A DNA stretch of 64,000 nt from Faecousia sp. Lineage in GTDB: Bacteria; Bacillota; Clostridia; Oscillospirales; Oscillospiraceae. Location: contig JAZQDL010000101.1 in NCBI GenBank assembly GCA_045546835.1, positions 3,500 through 67,499 of the forward strand. The letters are read 5' to 3'. Under the pieces are notes generated by a model. It saw only the letters and a program-made list of their open reading frames with translations, made no database searches and was not told the origin of the DNA. Positions 1 to 10,399 of the stretch are shown piece by piece. The translations under genes were made by a program, and so were the position numbers. Every line of letters starts with the position of its first letter. Position 1 is the stretch's first letter.

Positions 1-553
1 CACAGCCCAAGCCGTCGTTATCGGCTGTGATATCTGCGGTTTTCTTAATGATTTGACCCATTTTCGCAACCGCGTCCATATTGATGCCTGCCTTGGTAGA
101 ACCAACATTGACACTGGCGCAGACCCGCTCGGTGGCTTTCATCGCCTCGGGAATGGAGTCCATTAAAATCCAGTCACCCTTCGTGCAGCCCTTCTGCACC
201 AAAGCAGAAAACCCGCCGATGAAATTGACGCCACATTCCTTTGCCGCCTTGTCCATTGCAATGGCAAGGGGCACATAGGAATCTGTGTTGCAGGAATTGC
301 CCACGATCGCAATAGGGGTGACGGAGATCCGCTTATTGACGATGGGAATACCAAACTCCCACTCGATCTCCTGACCCACCTTCACAAGCTTCTCTGCCCG
401 GCGGGTGATTTTATCATAGATCTTCTGGGCGCAAACATTTACATCCTCGTGGGCGCAGTCCAGAAGAGAAATACCCATTGTGATGGTGCGGATATCTAAG
501 TGCCGCTTATCGATCATATCCTGGGTATATAAAACATCCTTCAGATTCAGCAT
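1..553 (-). CDS. DUF711/UPF0210 (PFL-like) family protein, runs off the window's left edge
   Basis: Manual translation from ATG at 553: [33 protein letters not shown]...[13 protein letters not shown]. This is typical of UPF0210, which usually sits beside the ACT gene. Confidence 0.85.
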   Translation of the reverse strand, partial: MLNLKDVLYTQDMIDKRHLDIRTITMGISLLDCAHEDVNVCAQKIYDKITRRAEKLVKVGQEIEWEFGIPIVNKRISVTPIAIVGNSCNTDSYVPLAIAMDKAAKECGVNFIGGFSALVQKGCTKGDWILMDSIPEAMKATERVCASVNVGSTKAGINMDAVAKMGQIIKKTADITADNDGLGC

Positions 554-562
554 AGCGTATCC

Positions 563-832
563 TCACACCCGATGCATTGCATCGAAAATATCTTCTCTTT
601 GCAGGCGGATGGAAAGGTTCATTTCCTTGCCTGCCTCCTCCATCCGCTTGGCAAGCTCTGCCAGAGGAAGGGTGCCGGCGGAGGTATCCACCACCATCAT
701 CATTGTGAAATAGCCCTGCATAACCGTCTGGCTGATGTCAAGAACATTGATCTGCAATTTTGCAAGATGGGTGCAGACAGCGGCAATAATACCCACCCGG
801 TCCTTACCGACTACCGTAACAACTGCTTTCAT
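563..832 (-). CDS. ACT domain protein (UPF0237)
   Basis: MKAVVTVVGKDRVGIIA...DISQT...IRLQREDIFDAMHR. Confidence 0.9.
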   Translation of the reverse strand: MKAVVTVVGKDRVGIIAAVCTHLAKLQINVLDISQTVMQGYFTMMMVVDTSAGTLPLAELAKRMEEAGKEMNLSIRLQREDIFDAMHRV

Positions 833-835
833 ATA

Positions 836-1120
836 TCACACCTCGTAATCTGCGCAGACTCTACGATCGAGCATTGTCCAGAAATGTTCCTTGGCTTCCA
901 GGTGGGCAGGATGCTCTGCATAATTTGCAAGAGACTCCTTGCAGTCAAATTCGGAGTACAGCGCATAGTCCATACCGCCCTGATAGCAGGGCCTTACTTC
1001 CATTTTCTGCAGGCCGGGGATCTTTCCCACCAGCGGCTCCAGCACAGAGCGGATCAGCTCCACTGCTTCCGGCTTATTGACGCCTTCTTTGAGTGTGTAA
1101 ACAACAATATGCTTCACCAT
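836..1120 (-). CDS. Dabb (stress-responsive alpha/beta barrel) protein
   Basis: MVKHIV...KIPGL...YAEHPAH...DYE. Confidence 0.8.
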   Translation of the reverse strand: MVKHIVVYTLKEGVNKPEAVELIRSVLEPLVGKIPGLQKMEVRPCYQGGMDYALYSEFDCKESLANYAEHPAHLEAKEHFWTMLDRRVCADYEV

Positions 1121-1142
1121 AGATGTTCCTCCATATTCTCAT

Positions 1143-1283
1143 AAATTACTGTTTATCGAATTGATTATGGTAGGGCGGGGGTTCTACTCTCGCCGCTACC
1201 GCACCTTCAAATTGCAATGCTGCTGGAATATTGGGGCATCGAACCCCAACATTCCAGACGGCGGGAGCAAGCCCCCGCCCTAC
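1143..1283. repeat. GTAG-type REP doublet (long form) with left AAATT..GTTTATCG outer repeat; right outer repeat missing
   Basis: GTAGGGCGGGGGTTCTACTCTCGCCG...CGGCGGGAGCAAGCCCCCGCCCTAC; the same unit recurs about 10 times in the window. Confidence 0.85.
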
Positions 1284-1331
1284 GATTGTAAAAATACCGG
1301 AGCCTGATGGCTCCGGTATGTATTTATGAAA

Positions 1332-3320
1332 TTATTCAGCTTCAGCCTCTGTTGCTTCCTCAGCAGGAGCTTCTTCCTCGGCCTCTGCTTCAGCAGGAGC
1401 CACCTCCAGCAGAGCACGGATGGACAGGGAGATGCGCTTATTCTCAGCGTCGATATCGGTGATCTTCACCTGAACCTCCTGACCCTCAGCCAGAACATCC
1501 TCAGGCTTGCCGATCCGCTCGTTAGCGATCTGGGAAATGTGGATCAGGCCGTCAACGCCGGGGATGATCTGTGCAAATGCACCGAAGGTCATCAGCTTCA
1601 CGATCTTAGCATCCACAACATCACCGATGTTGTAATTTGTCATAAACTGATTCCAGGGGTTCATCTCAGCGGTCTTGTAGCCCAGAGAGATCTTGCGCTT
1701 CTCGGGATCGTAAGAGATGACATAAACATCGATCTCGTCGCCCACGCTGACAACATCAGCGGGAGTCTTAATACGATTCCAACTCAGCTCGGAAACGTGG
1801 ACCATTCCGTCCACACCGCCGATATCCACGAATGCACCGTAGGAAGTCAGGGACTTAACAGTGCCGTGATACTTAGCGCCCACTTCGATCTCGCTCCACA
1901 GCTTCTCCTGCGCAGCCTTACGGCCCTCAGCCGTAACAGCGCGGATAGAGCCGATCACACGGCGGCGTGCCCGGTTGACCTCAGTGATCTTCAGCTGCAC
2001 AGTCTGGCCGACCAGTGTAGCCATATCGCCGCCCTTGGCAATGCCGGACTGGGAAGCGGGGATAAAGACGCGGATGCCCTTGATGTTAGCAACCAGACCG
2101 CCCTTGTTTTCTTCGGAGATGACACCCTCAACGGTAGCCTTCTCTTCGCACCAAACAGCGATGTCGTCCCAAACCTTCATACCGTCCAGCTTCTTCTTGG
2201 ACAGCTGGCAGGTACCTTCCTGATCGTTCACGCGGACAACGAACACTTCGATCTCGTCGCCAACCTTCAGAATGTCCTCAGGCTTGACAGAGGGGTCAGC
2301 GCTGACTTCATCGTAGGGAATATAGCCGGCGTGCTTTGTGCCCAAGTCGATCTGAACCTCGGTAGCACCGATGCCGGTGACGATTCCGGTATCCTTATCT
2401 CCTGTATTTAAAGTCTTGATGGACTGCTCCAGAAGCTCTGCAAAGTTTTCCTCCTGGATAGCCTCAACATTCGTAATTTCGCTCATAGTCTTATTGACCT
2501 CCTTTATAATCCACGCCGGGGTAGATGCACCGGCAGTGACTCCAACCTCAGATACACCGCGAAAAAATTCAGGGTCCAGCTCTCCGGCGTTATCCACCAG
2601 CGTAACCTTGTCGCAGTGTTCCCGACAGATGCTTGCCAATCGTCCGGTATTGGAGCTGTGGGTATCTCCCACAACCACCATAGCCTGACACTGGGCGGCA
2701 ATTTGCGCCGCTTCCCGCTGTCGGGATTCAGTAGCTTTACATATTGTATCAAAAATTTTTCCGTTAGTAAACTCTTTTTTTGCAATTTTTACGCACGAAT
2801 TCCACAAGCTTTCTGTGGATGTGGTTTGGCAAACTATGCAAATTGGCAAATCCACCCTGTTTTTTTCCAGTTTTATCCAATCTTCCAGTTCCTGAGGCGT
2901 CTCAAATATCTCACATTTACTGCACCAACCGGCAATGCCTTCCACCTCCGGATGTGCCCGTGTGCCGATAATGATCGGCAGTCTTCCCTCCTCCTCTGCA
3001 CGGCTCACGATCCCGTGAATTCGCTTGACAAAGGGGCAGGTAGCATCCACGATCTGCACACCCCGCTCTTCCAGTTCTTCATACACTGCTTTTGTAACAC
3101 CGTGGGATCGGATAATTACAGTTTCTTCGGGCGCTGCATCCTCCGGCTTTTCGATCACCCTGACGCCCATTTTTTCAAAATGCTCTACCGCGTGACGGTT
3201 GTGGATGATCGGGCCGAGGGTACATACAGGCTCACCGGTCTTTGCAGACTGCTCTACCAGCTCGACAGCCCGGTTGACCCCGAAGCAGAAGCCAGCGCTT
3301 TTTGCTACACGGACACTCAT
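1332..3320 (-). CDS. ispH: Bifunctional 4-hydroxy-3-methylbut-2-enyl diphosphate reductase / ribosomal protein S1
   Basis: GFCFGV, IIHN, RSHG, DATCPFV, QTT, DTIC, SSNT and TAGASTP IspH motifs, followed by S1 repeats ([20 protein letters not shown]). Confidence 0.95.
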   Translation of the reverse strand: MSVRVAKSAGFCFGVNRAVELVEQSAKTGEPVCTLGPIIHNRHAVEHFEKMGVRVIEKPEDAAPEETVIIRSHGVTKAVYEELEERGVQIVDATCPFVKRIHGIVSRAEEEGRLPIIIGTRAHPEVEGIAGWCSKCEIFETPQELEDWIKLEKNRVDLPICIVCQTTSTESLWNSCVKIAKKEFTNGKIFDTICKATESRQREAAQIAAQCQAMVVVGDTHSSNTGRLASICREHCDKVTLVDNAGELDPEFFRGVSEVGVTAGASTPAWIIKEVNKTMSEITNVEAIQEENFAELLEQSIKTLNTGDKDTGIVTGIGATEVQIDLGTKHAGYIPYDEVSADPSVKPEDILKVGDEIEVFVVRVNDQEGTCQLSKKKLDGMKVWDDIAVWCEEKATVEGVISEENKGGLVANIKGIRVFIPASQSGIAKGGDMATLVGQTVQLKITEVNRARRRVIGSIRAVTAEGRKAAQEKLWSEIEVGAKYHGTVKSLTSYGAFVDIGGVDGMVHVSELSWNRIKTPADVVSVGDEIDVYVISYDPEKRKISLGYKTAEMNPWNQFMTNYNIGDVVDAKIVKLMTFGAFAQIIPGVDGLIHISQIANERIGKPEDVLAEGQEVQVKITDIDAENKRISLSIRALLEVAPAEAEAEEEAPAEEATEAEAE

Positions 3321-3997
3321 ACAGGGATCTTCTCCCCGATGATCTTTTTCATAGCTGCCAGCACGCCGGGGATGTCCAGCTCAGAGGTATCCAGCTTCAC
3401 AGAGTCCTTTGCCATCTTCAGGGGGGCAATGGGGCGGTGGGTATCCTGATAATCCCGCTGCTCGATCTCCTTCTGGATCTGCTTAAGCTCTGCCTTCTGT
3501 CCCTTTTCGATCAGCTCATCATAGCGGCGCTTGGCGCGGACCTCCACAGAGGCGGTCAGGAAGATCTTCACATCCGCCTTCGGAAGCACCACCGTGCCGA
3601 TATCTCTGCCGTCCATAATCACATTGTTCTTTCTTGCCACATCCCGCTGCATATCCAGCAGCATTTCCCGGACAATTGGGTAGGCAGAAACCAGAGATGC
3701 CTTCTGAGAAATATCCTGGGTGCGGATCTCTCCGGACACATCCATTCCGTTCATAATCATATGCTGCTTGCCTTCTTCATCATATTCGATGCCGATGGTC
3801 AGCTCGTCCAGATACCGCTCCACGCCGTCTGCATCCTTGGGGCTGATGCCCAGAAGATCCAAAAAATACGCAACAGTGCGATAAATTGCCCCAGTGTCCA
3901 CATAGCAGAAGCCCAGCTCCTTGGCAAGCGCCTTTGCAAGGGTGCTTTTGCCTGCGCCTGCAGGGCCGTCAATGGCGATAGAATATGTTTTTCCCAT
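3317..3997 (-). CDS. cmk: Cytidylate kinase
   Basis: IAIDGPAGAGKST, DTGAIYR, MDGRDIGTVV; start placed at ATG 3997. Confidence 0.95.
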   Translation of the reverse strand: MGKTYSIAIDGPAGAGKSTLAKALAKELGFCYVDTGAIYRTVAYFLDLLGISPKDADGVERYLDELTIGIEYDEEGKQHMIMNGMDVSGEIRTQDISQKASLVSAYPIVREMLLDMQRDVARKNNVIMDGRDIGTVVLPKADVKIFLTASVEVRAKRRYDELIEKGQKAELKQIQKEIEQRDYQDTHRPIAPLKMAKDSVKLDTSELDIPGVLAAMKKIIGEKIPV

Positions 3998-4017
3998 AAG
4001 TAAAACCTTCCTTATAT

Positions 4018-4845
4018 TTATTCTAAAAATTCTTCTAATCCGAAACCGGTACCTAGTTTTTGCAGCTTTTCCACAGCACTGTGTTCTAACTGCCGCGCCC
4101 GTTCCTTGGAAATTCCCAGAATTTCTCCGATTCTCTCCAAAGAGCAGCATTCGCCGCCGTCTAAGCCAAAGCGCAGGTGCAGTACCTGCTGCTGCCGCTT
4201 TGTTAGCTGTCCCAGCATTTCTTCCAGGATCATTTTCATTTCCTGCCGGATCATTTCCTCCTGGGGTTCGGGTGCGTGGATATCCTCCGGAAGGGACAAC
4301 AGCTCCCCATCCTCCCCATCCAGGGACTGCACCTCCGGCAAAAGCCGCAACAGCTCCTCTGCCTTTTTTACAGGGATGCCGCTGCGTTCTGCCAGCGCAT
4401 CCATATCCACAGACCCGCCGGACTGCTGCAATTCCTGCCGTGCTTTTAGAAGTTTTTTGATTTTATCGGCTGTATAACGGGGCACACGGATCAGTCCCGC
4501 GTGTTCCATGACGCAGCGGCTGATCCCCTGACGGATCCATTTGGTGGCGTATGTAGAAAACCGACAGTCCATTGACGGATCAAATTTCCTTGCCGCAGTC
4601 ACCAGACCGATACTGCCCTCCTGGATCATATCCAGCAGCGGCACACCGCGACCGATATACCCCTTTGCCACAGAAACCACCAGCCGCAAATTGGAATTGA
4701 CCATCCGGCGAATGGCTTCTTCATCCCCGGCAGCACAGCGCTCTGCCAGCTCCCGTTCCTCTTGCTGACTCAAAAGGGGGAACTGCCGGATATCCTGCAA
4801 ATACTGAGAAACATCCTCGGCGGTCTGTTCTTTTTCCAAGATCAT
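4018..4845 (-). CDS. RpoD-like sigma-70 factor, divergent, lacking region 1.1
   Basis: NLRLVVSVAK, IQEG, FSTYATKWIRQ, region 4 HTH (SLERIGEILGISKERARQLE); overlaps the dnaG stop. Confidence 0.85.
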   Translation of the reverse strand: MILEKEQTAEDVSQYLQDIRQFPLLSQQEERELAERCAAGDEEAIRRMVNSNLRLVVSVAKGYIGRGVPLLDMIQEGSIGLVTAARKFDPSMDCRFSTYATKWIRQGISRCVMEHAGLIRVPRYTADKIKKLLKARQELQQSGGSVDMDALAERSGIPVKKAEELLRLLPEVQSLDGEDGELLSLPEDIHAPEPQEEMIRQEMKMILEEMLGQLTKRQQQVLHLRFGLDGGECCSLERIGEILGISKERARQLEHSAVEKLQKLGTGFGLEEFLE

Positions 4846-6581
4846 AGGTTTGTTCCTTTTTTCGCTTTGAACTTTTCCTGCACTGCCCGTAGGTCATCGT
4901 CAGTGCTGACCCGTGCGCTTTGCCCCTCAGACAAAATTCTGTTTACGCAGTCAGTAAAGGCATCCTGGTTGACAGTGCCCTGATGGCGCTGGACCACACC
5001 GGTGATATGGGATGTTTCTTCCGGGGTCAGATCCTCTAAAACACCTACACTGATATCCAGCCCTTGGGTATGCCGGGCGTAAAGCTGGGAATATACTCTG
5101 CGGAACACTTCCACAGAAAAATCCTTTTCTGTGAGCTTTCCCACCTGCTCGAAAAGTGCAGGCTCCTGCAAAAGCTGGGCGATCACGCCCTCCTCTGCAA
5201 CGGCAGATCTTGTATTATTGTAACGGATAGACCGTTCCTTGGGCTGCAACGCCCGGACCGGCGCAAGATCGATCTTCTCCTGCTTTTTCTTTTCCATTGC
5301 AGTGCGCCGCTTGAACGCCTTGCCTACTTCCAGCTTCATAGCCTCCATACTGATGAGAGCGGCTTCTGCCACACGCCCGCCGTAGACCTCCCGCTTGACA
5401 GAGCTGTCCAGTGTGCAAATAAGGCCTGCCGCCTCCTGAACGAACGCCACCTTTTGGGCATCTTCCTTCAGGTCGTACTTCTGGCGGATAGCATTTAGCT
5501 GATATTCCACCCGGTCAGAGCAGTCCTCCAGCAGCAGTTTAAACCGGTCTGCGCCAAACTTATGGAGGAATTCATCCGGGTCTTTTGCGTCCCTCATTTG
5601 CAGGACCTTCACCTTCAGACCTGCCTTTTCCAGCATAGGGATCGCCCGCTGGGCTGCCCGCTGACCGGCTTCGTCTGTATCATAGGTCAGCACCACCTGC
5701 TCCGTGTACCGGCTCAGAAGTGCCACCTGTTCTTCCGTTAAGGATGTACCCAGGGATGCCACTGCATTGTCAAAGCCGTACTGGTGCAGGGCTACCACAT
5801 CGATATTGCCCTCCACCAGAATGATGCTCGGTGCTTTTGTCTTTTTGGCAAAATTCATACCAAAAAGGTTTTTCCGCTTGTTGAAGATCAAGGTCTCATT
5901 GGAATTGAGATATTTGGGCTTGGAGTCATCCAGCACACGGCCGCCAAAGCCGATCACATTGCCCCGGACATCGAAAATGGGGAACATCAGCCGGTTGCGG
6001 AAACGGTCGTAAATTCTGCCGTTCTTCTCGCCTACCAGATCTGCGTCCCGCAGCTCCTGATCTGTATAGCCCTTCTTGCGCATAGCATCCACAAGGGCGT
6101 TCCAGGAATTAGGCGCAAAGCCGATGCCGAATTGGGTAACGATCTTCTTGCTAAGACCGCGCTTTTGCACATAGGCAAGGCACTCCGCGCCCACAGGGGC
6201 GTAAAGCTGCTCGTAGAAAAATCTGCCAGCTTCCTTCATCAGCGCCCACAGGCGCTCCTGATGGCGATAGCGGCTCTGGTACTGCTCGTCCTCCGGCACT
6301 TCCATACCTGCGCGCTTGGCAAGGGCACGGACTGCATCCGGATAGGAAAGGCCCTCCACTTCCATCATAAAGTTCACTGCGCCGCCGCCCTTATGGCAGC
6401 CGAAGCAATAGTAAATGCCCTTATCCGGAGCAACGGAGAAGGAAGCGGTCTTTTCCCCGTGGAAGGGGCACAGACCGAACATATTGGAGCCGGATCGCTT
6501 CAGGCTCACATATTGACCCACCACATCCTCGATGGGATTTCGGGCAATCAGTTCATCAATAAACGACTGGGGAAAAGCCAA
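4842..6581 (-). CDS. dnaG: DNA primase
   Basis: CPFH..CFGC zinc finger, FRNRLMFPI, KYLNS, VEG, Toprim YDTD, KDPDE; TTG start after AAAGGAGG. Confidence 0.95.
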   Translation of the reverse strand: MAFPQSFIDELIARNPIEDVVGQYVSLKRSGSNMFGLCPFHGEKTASFSVAPDKGIYYCFGCHKGGGAVNFMMEVEGLSYPDAVRALAKRAGMEVPEDEQYQSRYRHQERLWALMKEAGRFFYEQLYAPVGAECLAYVQKRGLSKKIVTQFGIGFAPNSWNALVDAMRKKGYTDQELRDADLVGEKNGRIYDRFRNRLMFPIFDVRGNVIGFGGRVLDDSKPKYLNSNETLIFNKRKNLFGMNFAKKTKAPSIILVEGNIDVVALHQYGFDNAVASLGTSLTEEQVALLSRYTEQVVLTYDTDEAGQRAAQRAIPMLEKAGLKVKVLQMRDAKDPDEFLHKFGADRFKLLLEDCSDRVEYQLNAIRQKYDLKEDAQKVAFVQEAAGLICTLDSSVKREVYGGRVAEAALISMEAMKLEVGKAFKRRTAMEKKKQEKIDLAPVRALQPKERSIRYNNTRSAVAEEGVIAQLLQEPALFEQVGKLTEKDFSVEVFRRVYSQLYARHTQGLDISVGVLEDLTPEETSHITGVVQRHQGTVNQDAFTDCVNRILSEGQSARVSTDDDLRAVQEKFKAKKGTNL

Positions 6582-6601
6582 GCTCTCCGCCTCCTTTCGT
6601 A

Positions 6602-6722
6602 TCAATTTGACAGGTAGTCATACTGTAGGGCGGGGGCTTGCTCCCGCCGTTGATAACTGGACTTTTTAGCGGCGGGAGCAAGCCCCCGCCCTACGGCATA
6701 TTCGTTCGTCAGATAGGAATTT
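6602..6722. repeat. GTAG-type REP doublet (short form) with degenerate outer inverted repeats
   Basis: GTAGGGCGGGGGCTTGCTCCCGCCG-spacer-CGGCGGGAGCAAGCCCCCGCCCTAC at 6625-6694. Confidence 0.85.
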
Positions 6723-6750
6723 CCCATTCAGAATAATTTATTATAACACA

Positions 6751-7764
6751 TTATCCCCGAACATTCCAGCCCATTGGGATAAAAAGTTCGGCATATTTAT
6801 CTACCGCATAGTTATCGGTCATTCCGGCAATGTAGTCGCAAACAGTGCGCTCCATTCCGTCAAAGGACAGCTGGGGCTGAAAATCCTCCGGAATTGCCTG
6901 GGGATGATGATAGTAATATTCATACAGCCGCTTGAGCATATCCTTTGCCTTAATCTCCTCGCCCTTTGCCACCGGATTGCGGTAGACTCGCTCAAACATA
7001 AAGCTGCGCAGGTCTGCAAGTGCCTTGTCCACCTGGGGAGACAGGGCGATCTTTCCTGCTTCCCGGGAAGTATTTACCATATCGCATACCAGGGTGTTGA
7101 TCCGTTGCGAGTGGGTCTTTCCCAATATTTTTGCAATGTCCTTAGGCAGATCCTCATTGCTGAGAATGCCCGCGCGGACGGCATCGTCAATATCGTGGTT
7201 TACATAGGCGATCCGATCTGCCCAGCGGACGATCTGTCCTTCCATGGTTTCTGGAATAAAATCCCCGGTATGACCCAAAATACCCATCCGAACCTCATAG
7301 GTCAGGTTCAGACCTGCACCCTCGTTTTCCAGAATATCTACCACACGCAAGCTCTGCTCATTATGGCAGAACCGCTGTCCCAACACTTCACTGAGCGCCC
7401 CTTCACCGGCGTGACCGAAGGGGGTATGTCCCAGATCGTGTCCCATAGCTACCGCTTCCGTCAGATCCTCATTAAGATTTAAGGCTCTTGCAATGGTTCT
7501 GGCGATTCGGGAGACCTCTATGGTATGGGTCATTCGGGTACGGTAATGGTCACCCTCCGGGCTGAGGAACACCTGAGTCTTATGCATCAGCCGCCGGAAT
7601 GCCTTGCAGTGAATGATCCGGTCTGTATCCCGCTGATAGCAAGTGCGCACATCCCAGGGATCTTCCTCTATGGAGCGAAGCCGTCCCCGGCTCTCATCTG
7701 CAAAGGCAGCGCAGGAATTCAGTTTTTCGTGTTCCTGCCGCTCCAGTTCTTCCCGTAAGGTCAT
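6751..7764 (-). CDS. dgt: Deoxyguanosinetriphosphate triphosphohydrolase
   Basis: RDTDRIIH, KTQVF, RTRMTHT, HDLGHTPFGHAGE, ADRIAYVNHDIDD, DYIAGMTD. Confidence 0.9.
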   Translation of the reverse strand: MTLREELERQEHEKLNSCAAFADESRGRLRSIEEDPWDVRTCYQRDTDRIIHCKAFRRLMHKTQVFLSPEGDHYRTRMTHTIEVSRIARTIARALNLNEDLTEAVAMGHDLGHTPFGHAGEGALSEVLGQRFCHNEQSLRVVDILENEGAGLNLTYEVRMGILGHTGDFIPETMEGQIVRWADRIAYVNHDIDDAVRAGILSNEDLPKDIAKILGKTHSQRINTLVCDMVNTSREAGKIALSPQVDKALADLRSFMFERVYRNPVAKGEEIKAKDMLKRLYEYYYHHPQAIPEDFQPQLSFDGMERTVCDYIAGMTDNYAVDKYAELFIPMGWNVRG

Positions 7765-8402
7765 TGTAACTCCCCCTTATGTACCGGAAAGGCTCGATAC
7801 TCCTGTCCGGTTTCCATTCCCTCCACTGTGCCGGAGGTCATATCTGTCAGTCTGTCTAAAAAGGGCTGCGCTTTTTCCTGTGACACCAGAATTTCCAGTT
7901 CCACCTCTGCGCCGAACTGAGTATCCCGGATGATGCCCTCAAATGCCGCCACCTCCAGCTTTACCCGCTCGTAAAAGGTGTAGGGGCAGGGCACATACAG
8001 CACCGACCACACCCGCTTCATTGATTTGCCGGCGGCATCTACGGCAATCTTTGCCCCTTTGGTATAGGCACGGACCAAGCCGCCCGCGCCCAGCAAAACA
8101 CCGCCGAAATACCGGGTCACCACGCAGACTACATTGTAAATTTCTTCCCGCTGCAGCACCTGCATCATAGGGTTTCCTGCCGTTCCGCCCGGTTCGCCGT
8201 CATCGGAAAAGCGCATTGGTCCGTCTTTGATGATATAGGCCCAGCAATTATGGGTGGCATCGGCGTGCTGCTTTTTCATTTCCTGAATTTTCGCCAGCGC
8301 CTCTTCCTCTGTTTCCACAGACCAGACTCTGCCGATAAAACGGGATCTTTTTTCAATAAATTCGTCCTCGCCAAAGCCGGTTGGCACTAAATATTCGTCC
8401 AA
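7761..8402 (-). CDS. YigZ/IMPACT family protein
   Basis: EKRSRFIG, ATHNCWAY, DDGEPGGTAG, TRYFGGVLLGAGGLVRAY; TTG start inferred from the RBS. Confidence 0.9.
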   Translation of the reverse strand: MDEYLVPTGFGEDEFIEKRSRFIGRVWSVETEEEALAKIQEMKKQHADATHNCWAYIIKDGPMRFSDDGEPGGTAGNPMMQVLQREEIYNVVCVVTRYFGGVLLGAGGLVRAYTKGAKIAVDAAGKSMKRVWSVLYVPCPYTFYERVKLEVAAFEGIIRDTQFGAEVELEILVSQEKAQPFLDRLTDMTSGTVEGMETGQEYRAFPVHKGELQ

Positions 8403-8404
8403 AC

Positions 8405-9670
8405 TCAGCACTCCTTTGTGATATACTCCCTGAGCTTTCCGTACAAAATGGGATCAACGATGGTCTCTACCACAATGCCCTCACCGGTGTAATCCACGCC
8501 CAGCACCTGGGCGCTGCTGTGTAGAGTGTCCACCATACCGCCCAAGTGATAGGGCAAGGTGACAACAATGTGATGACGGCTGTGACCCAGCGCATTTTCA
8601 ATTGCCTTTAGAAGTTCATCCATTCCCTCGCCCTTGGCGGCGGAGATCTTCACAATATCCTCTCCGATGGGAATGTCCTCAGGGCTTACTAAGTCTGCTT
8701 TATTATAGCACTGCAGCACCTTTGTGCCTTCCTTAGCCAGCTTGCGAATCAGGCTGTCCACCACCGCGATATGCTCCTCCCGATTGGAGTCGGAGGCGTC
8801 AATGACGTGTAATAAAAGGTCTGCATATTCCAGCTCTTCCAGGGTCGCCCGGAAGGCATCCACCAGATGGTGGGGCAGCTTTGCGATAAAACCAACGGTG
8901 TCTGACAGCACCACATCCAAATTGTCTGACACAGTCAGCTGCCGGGAGGTGGTATCCAGGGTATCAAACAGCCGGTTGTTGGCAGGGATTCCTGCACCGG
9001 TCAGCTGGTTTAAGAGGGTAGATTTGCCAGCGTTGGTATAGCCTACAATGGCAACCACCGACACGGAATTTTTCATCCGCCGCTCCCGCTGAACACCCCG
9101 AACCTGCCGCACCTGCTCCAGCTCCGACTGCAGCCGTGCGATCCGCTCCCGGATGTGCCGCCGGTCGGTTTCCAGCTTTGTTTCACCGGGACCCCGGGTG
9201 CCAATGCCGCCGCCCTGCCGGGAAAGGCTTTTGCCCATACCGGACAGCCGGGGCAGCAAATACTTATACTGTGCCAGTTCCACCTGAAGTCTGCCCTCTT
9301 TTGTTTTTGCCCGCTGGGCAAAAATATCCAAAATCAGCGCACTGCGGTCCAGCACTGTAACGCCTAATATCTCTTCCAGCGCCCGGATATTGCCCGGTGA
9401 AAGCTCATTGTCAAAGATCACCATTGTAGATTCCGTGAACTCCACCAGCATTTTCACTTCCAGCGCCTTGCCCTCGCCGATAAAGCTGTGGGGATCGGGA
9501 GTGTGCCGGTTTTGCAGGATCTTTCCTGTACAGAAGCCGCCGGCAGTTTCCAGCAATGCTTCCAGTTCCTCCAGGGTTTCGTCCGTGGCGGTCTGTTCTT
9601 TTCTAAAGCAGTCTGCGTTCAGTCCAACCAGTACCGCCCGCTCCTGCTTTTTCTCAAAATTCGATTCCAT
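8405..9670 (-). CDS. hflX: GTPase HflX
   Basis: ILDIFAQRA, GGGIGTRGPGETKLE, GYTNAGKST, DTVGF, NKAD; start at ATG 9670. Confidence 0.95.
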   Translation of the reverse strand: MESNFEKKQERAVLVGLNADCFRKEQTATDETLEELEALLETAGGFCTGKILQNRHTPDPHSFIGEGKALEVKMLVEFTESTMVIFDNELSPGNIRALEEILGVTVLDRSALILDIFAQRAKTKEGRLQVELAQYKYLLPRLSGMGKSLSRQGGGIGTRGPGETKLETDRRHIRERIARLQSELEQVRQVRGVQRERRMKNSVSVVAIVGYTNAGKSTLLNQLTGAGIPANNRLFDTLDTTSRQLTVSDNLDVVLSDTVGFIAKLPHHLVDAFRATLEELEYADLLLHVIDASDSNREEHIAVVDSLIRKLAKEGTKVLQCYNKADLVSPEDIPIGEDIVKISAAKGEGMDELLKAIENALGHSRHHIVVTLPYHLGGMVDTLHSSAQVLGVDYTGEGIVVETIVDPILYGKLREYITKEC

Positions 9671-9685
9671 AGTGCCTCCGGTATC

Positions 9686-9810
9686 AAATTTCTGTTTATC
9701 GAACTGATTATAGTAGGGCGGGGGCTTGCTCCCGCCGCTCAAAAGCTCAGTTATCGACGGCGGGGGCAAGCCCCCGCCCTACAGTGTGACTGCCTATCAA
9801 ATAGAAATTT
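9686..9810. repeat. REP doublet bracketed by AAATTTC.GTTT outer inverted repeats (MITE-like)
   Basis: AAATTTCTGTTTATCG...GTAG REP pair...TCAAATAGAAATTT. Confidence 0.85.
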
Positions 9811-9902
9811 GACTTTCACATTTTTCTTATTATATCACACAATACGGTATACACACAAGAAAAAAAGAAAAACTGCACCACTTTTTGTGGTGCAGTTTCG
9901 TC

Positions 9903-10103
9903 TTACTTCAAATTGAATCTCTTGTTGAAACGATCAACACGTCCACCGGTGTCAACCAGCTTCTGCTTGCCGGTATAGAAAGGGTGGCACTTGGAGCAGA
10001 TTTCAACTCTGATGTCCTTCTTGGTAGAACCGGTTGTAAAAACGTTACCACAGGCGCAACGAATTGTAGTCTGTTCGTAATTGGGATGGATACCTTCCTT
10101 CAT
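9903..10103 (-). CDS. rpmE: 50S ribosomal protein L31 (zinc-binding type)
   Basis: [37 protein letters not shown]; hairpin terminator at about 9870-9898. Confidence 0.97.
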   Translation of the reverse strand: MKEGIHPNYEQTTIRCACGNVFTTGSTKKDIRVEICSKCHPFYTGKQKLVDTGGRVDRFNKRFNLK

Positions 10104-10243
10104 ATTGTTCACCTCTTTCTCATAGCATAAAAGGGCGCACTTGCCCTAGCAATCTTCAATCGCCCGCATATCATACCACAGATAGTTTCAGATTGCAAGT
10201 GTTTTTTTCAGTTTTTTTAAAAAATATATAGAAGAAGCTAACA

Positions 10244-10390
10244 AAGGGATTCCTAAGGGGGAAGCAAAGGAATGGTCGATGCTGTAAAAGCCTGTTTGCT
10301 TCCCCCTTAGGCCGTCTGGGGAGTCCGAGGACCATACGGGAGGTCCTCGGCGGCTCTTTGCATACTTTCTCGCCGGAGAGAAAGTATGAC
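10244..10390. repeat. Multi-hairpin intergenic palindromic element
   Basis: CCTAAGGGGGAAGCAAA...TTTGCTTCCCCCTTAGG and CATACTTTCTC-GCCG-GAGAGAAAGTATG stems; single copy in the window. Confidence 0.5.
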
Positions 10391-10399
10391 TCTCCCGTA

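Noticed and set aside
1326-2411. 361-aa ORF antisense to ispH/rpsA, and similar ones opposite fucI, dnaJ and oppA
   Set aside because: Shadow frames of highly biased genes with no recognisable domains.
1332-3320. IspH-S1 fusion as a novelty
   Set aside because: This fusion is already well known in Clostridia.
9671-9769. N-terminal extensions of HflX (also DnaK, Cmk, OppD, FucI) in the ORF track
   Set aside because: They run through repeats or intergenic DNA; downstream ATGs with an RBS match the family starts.
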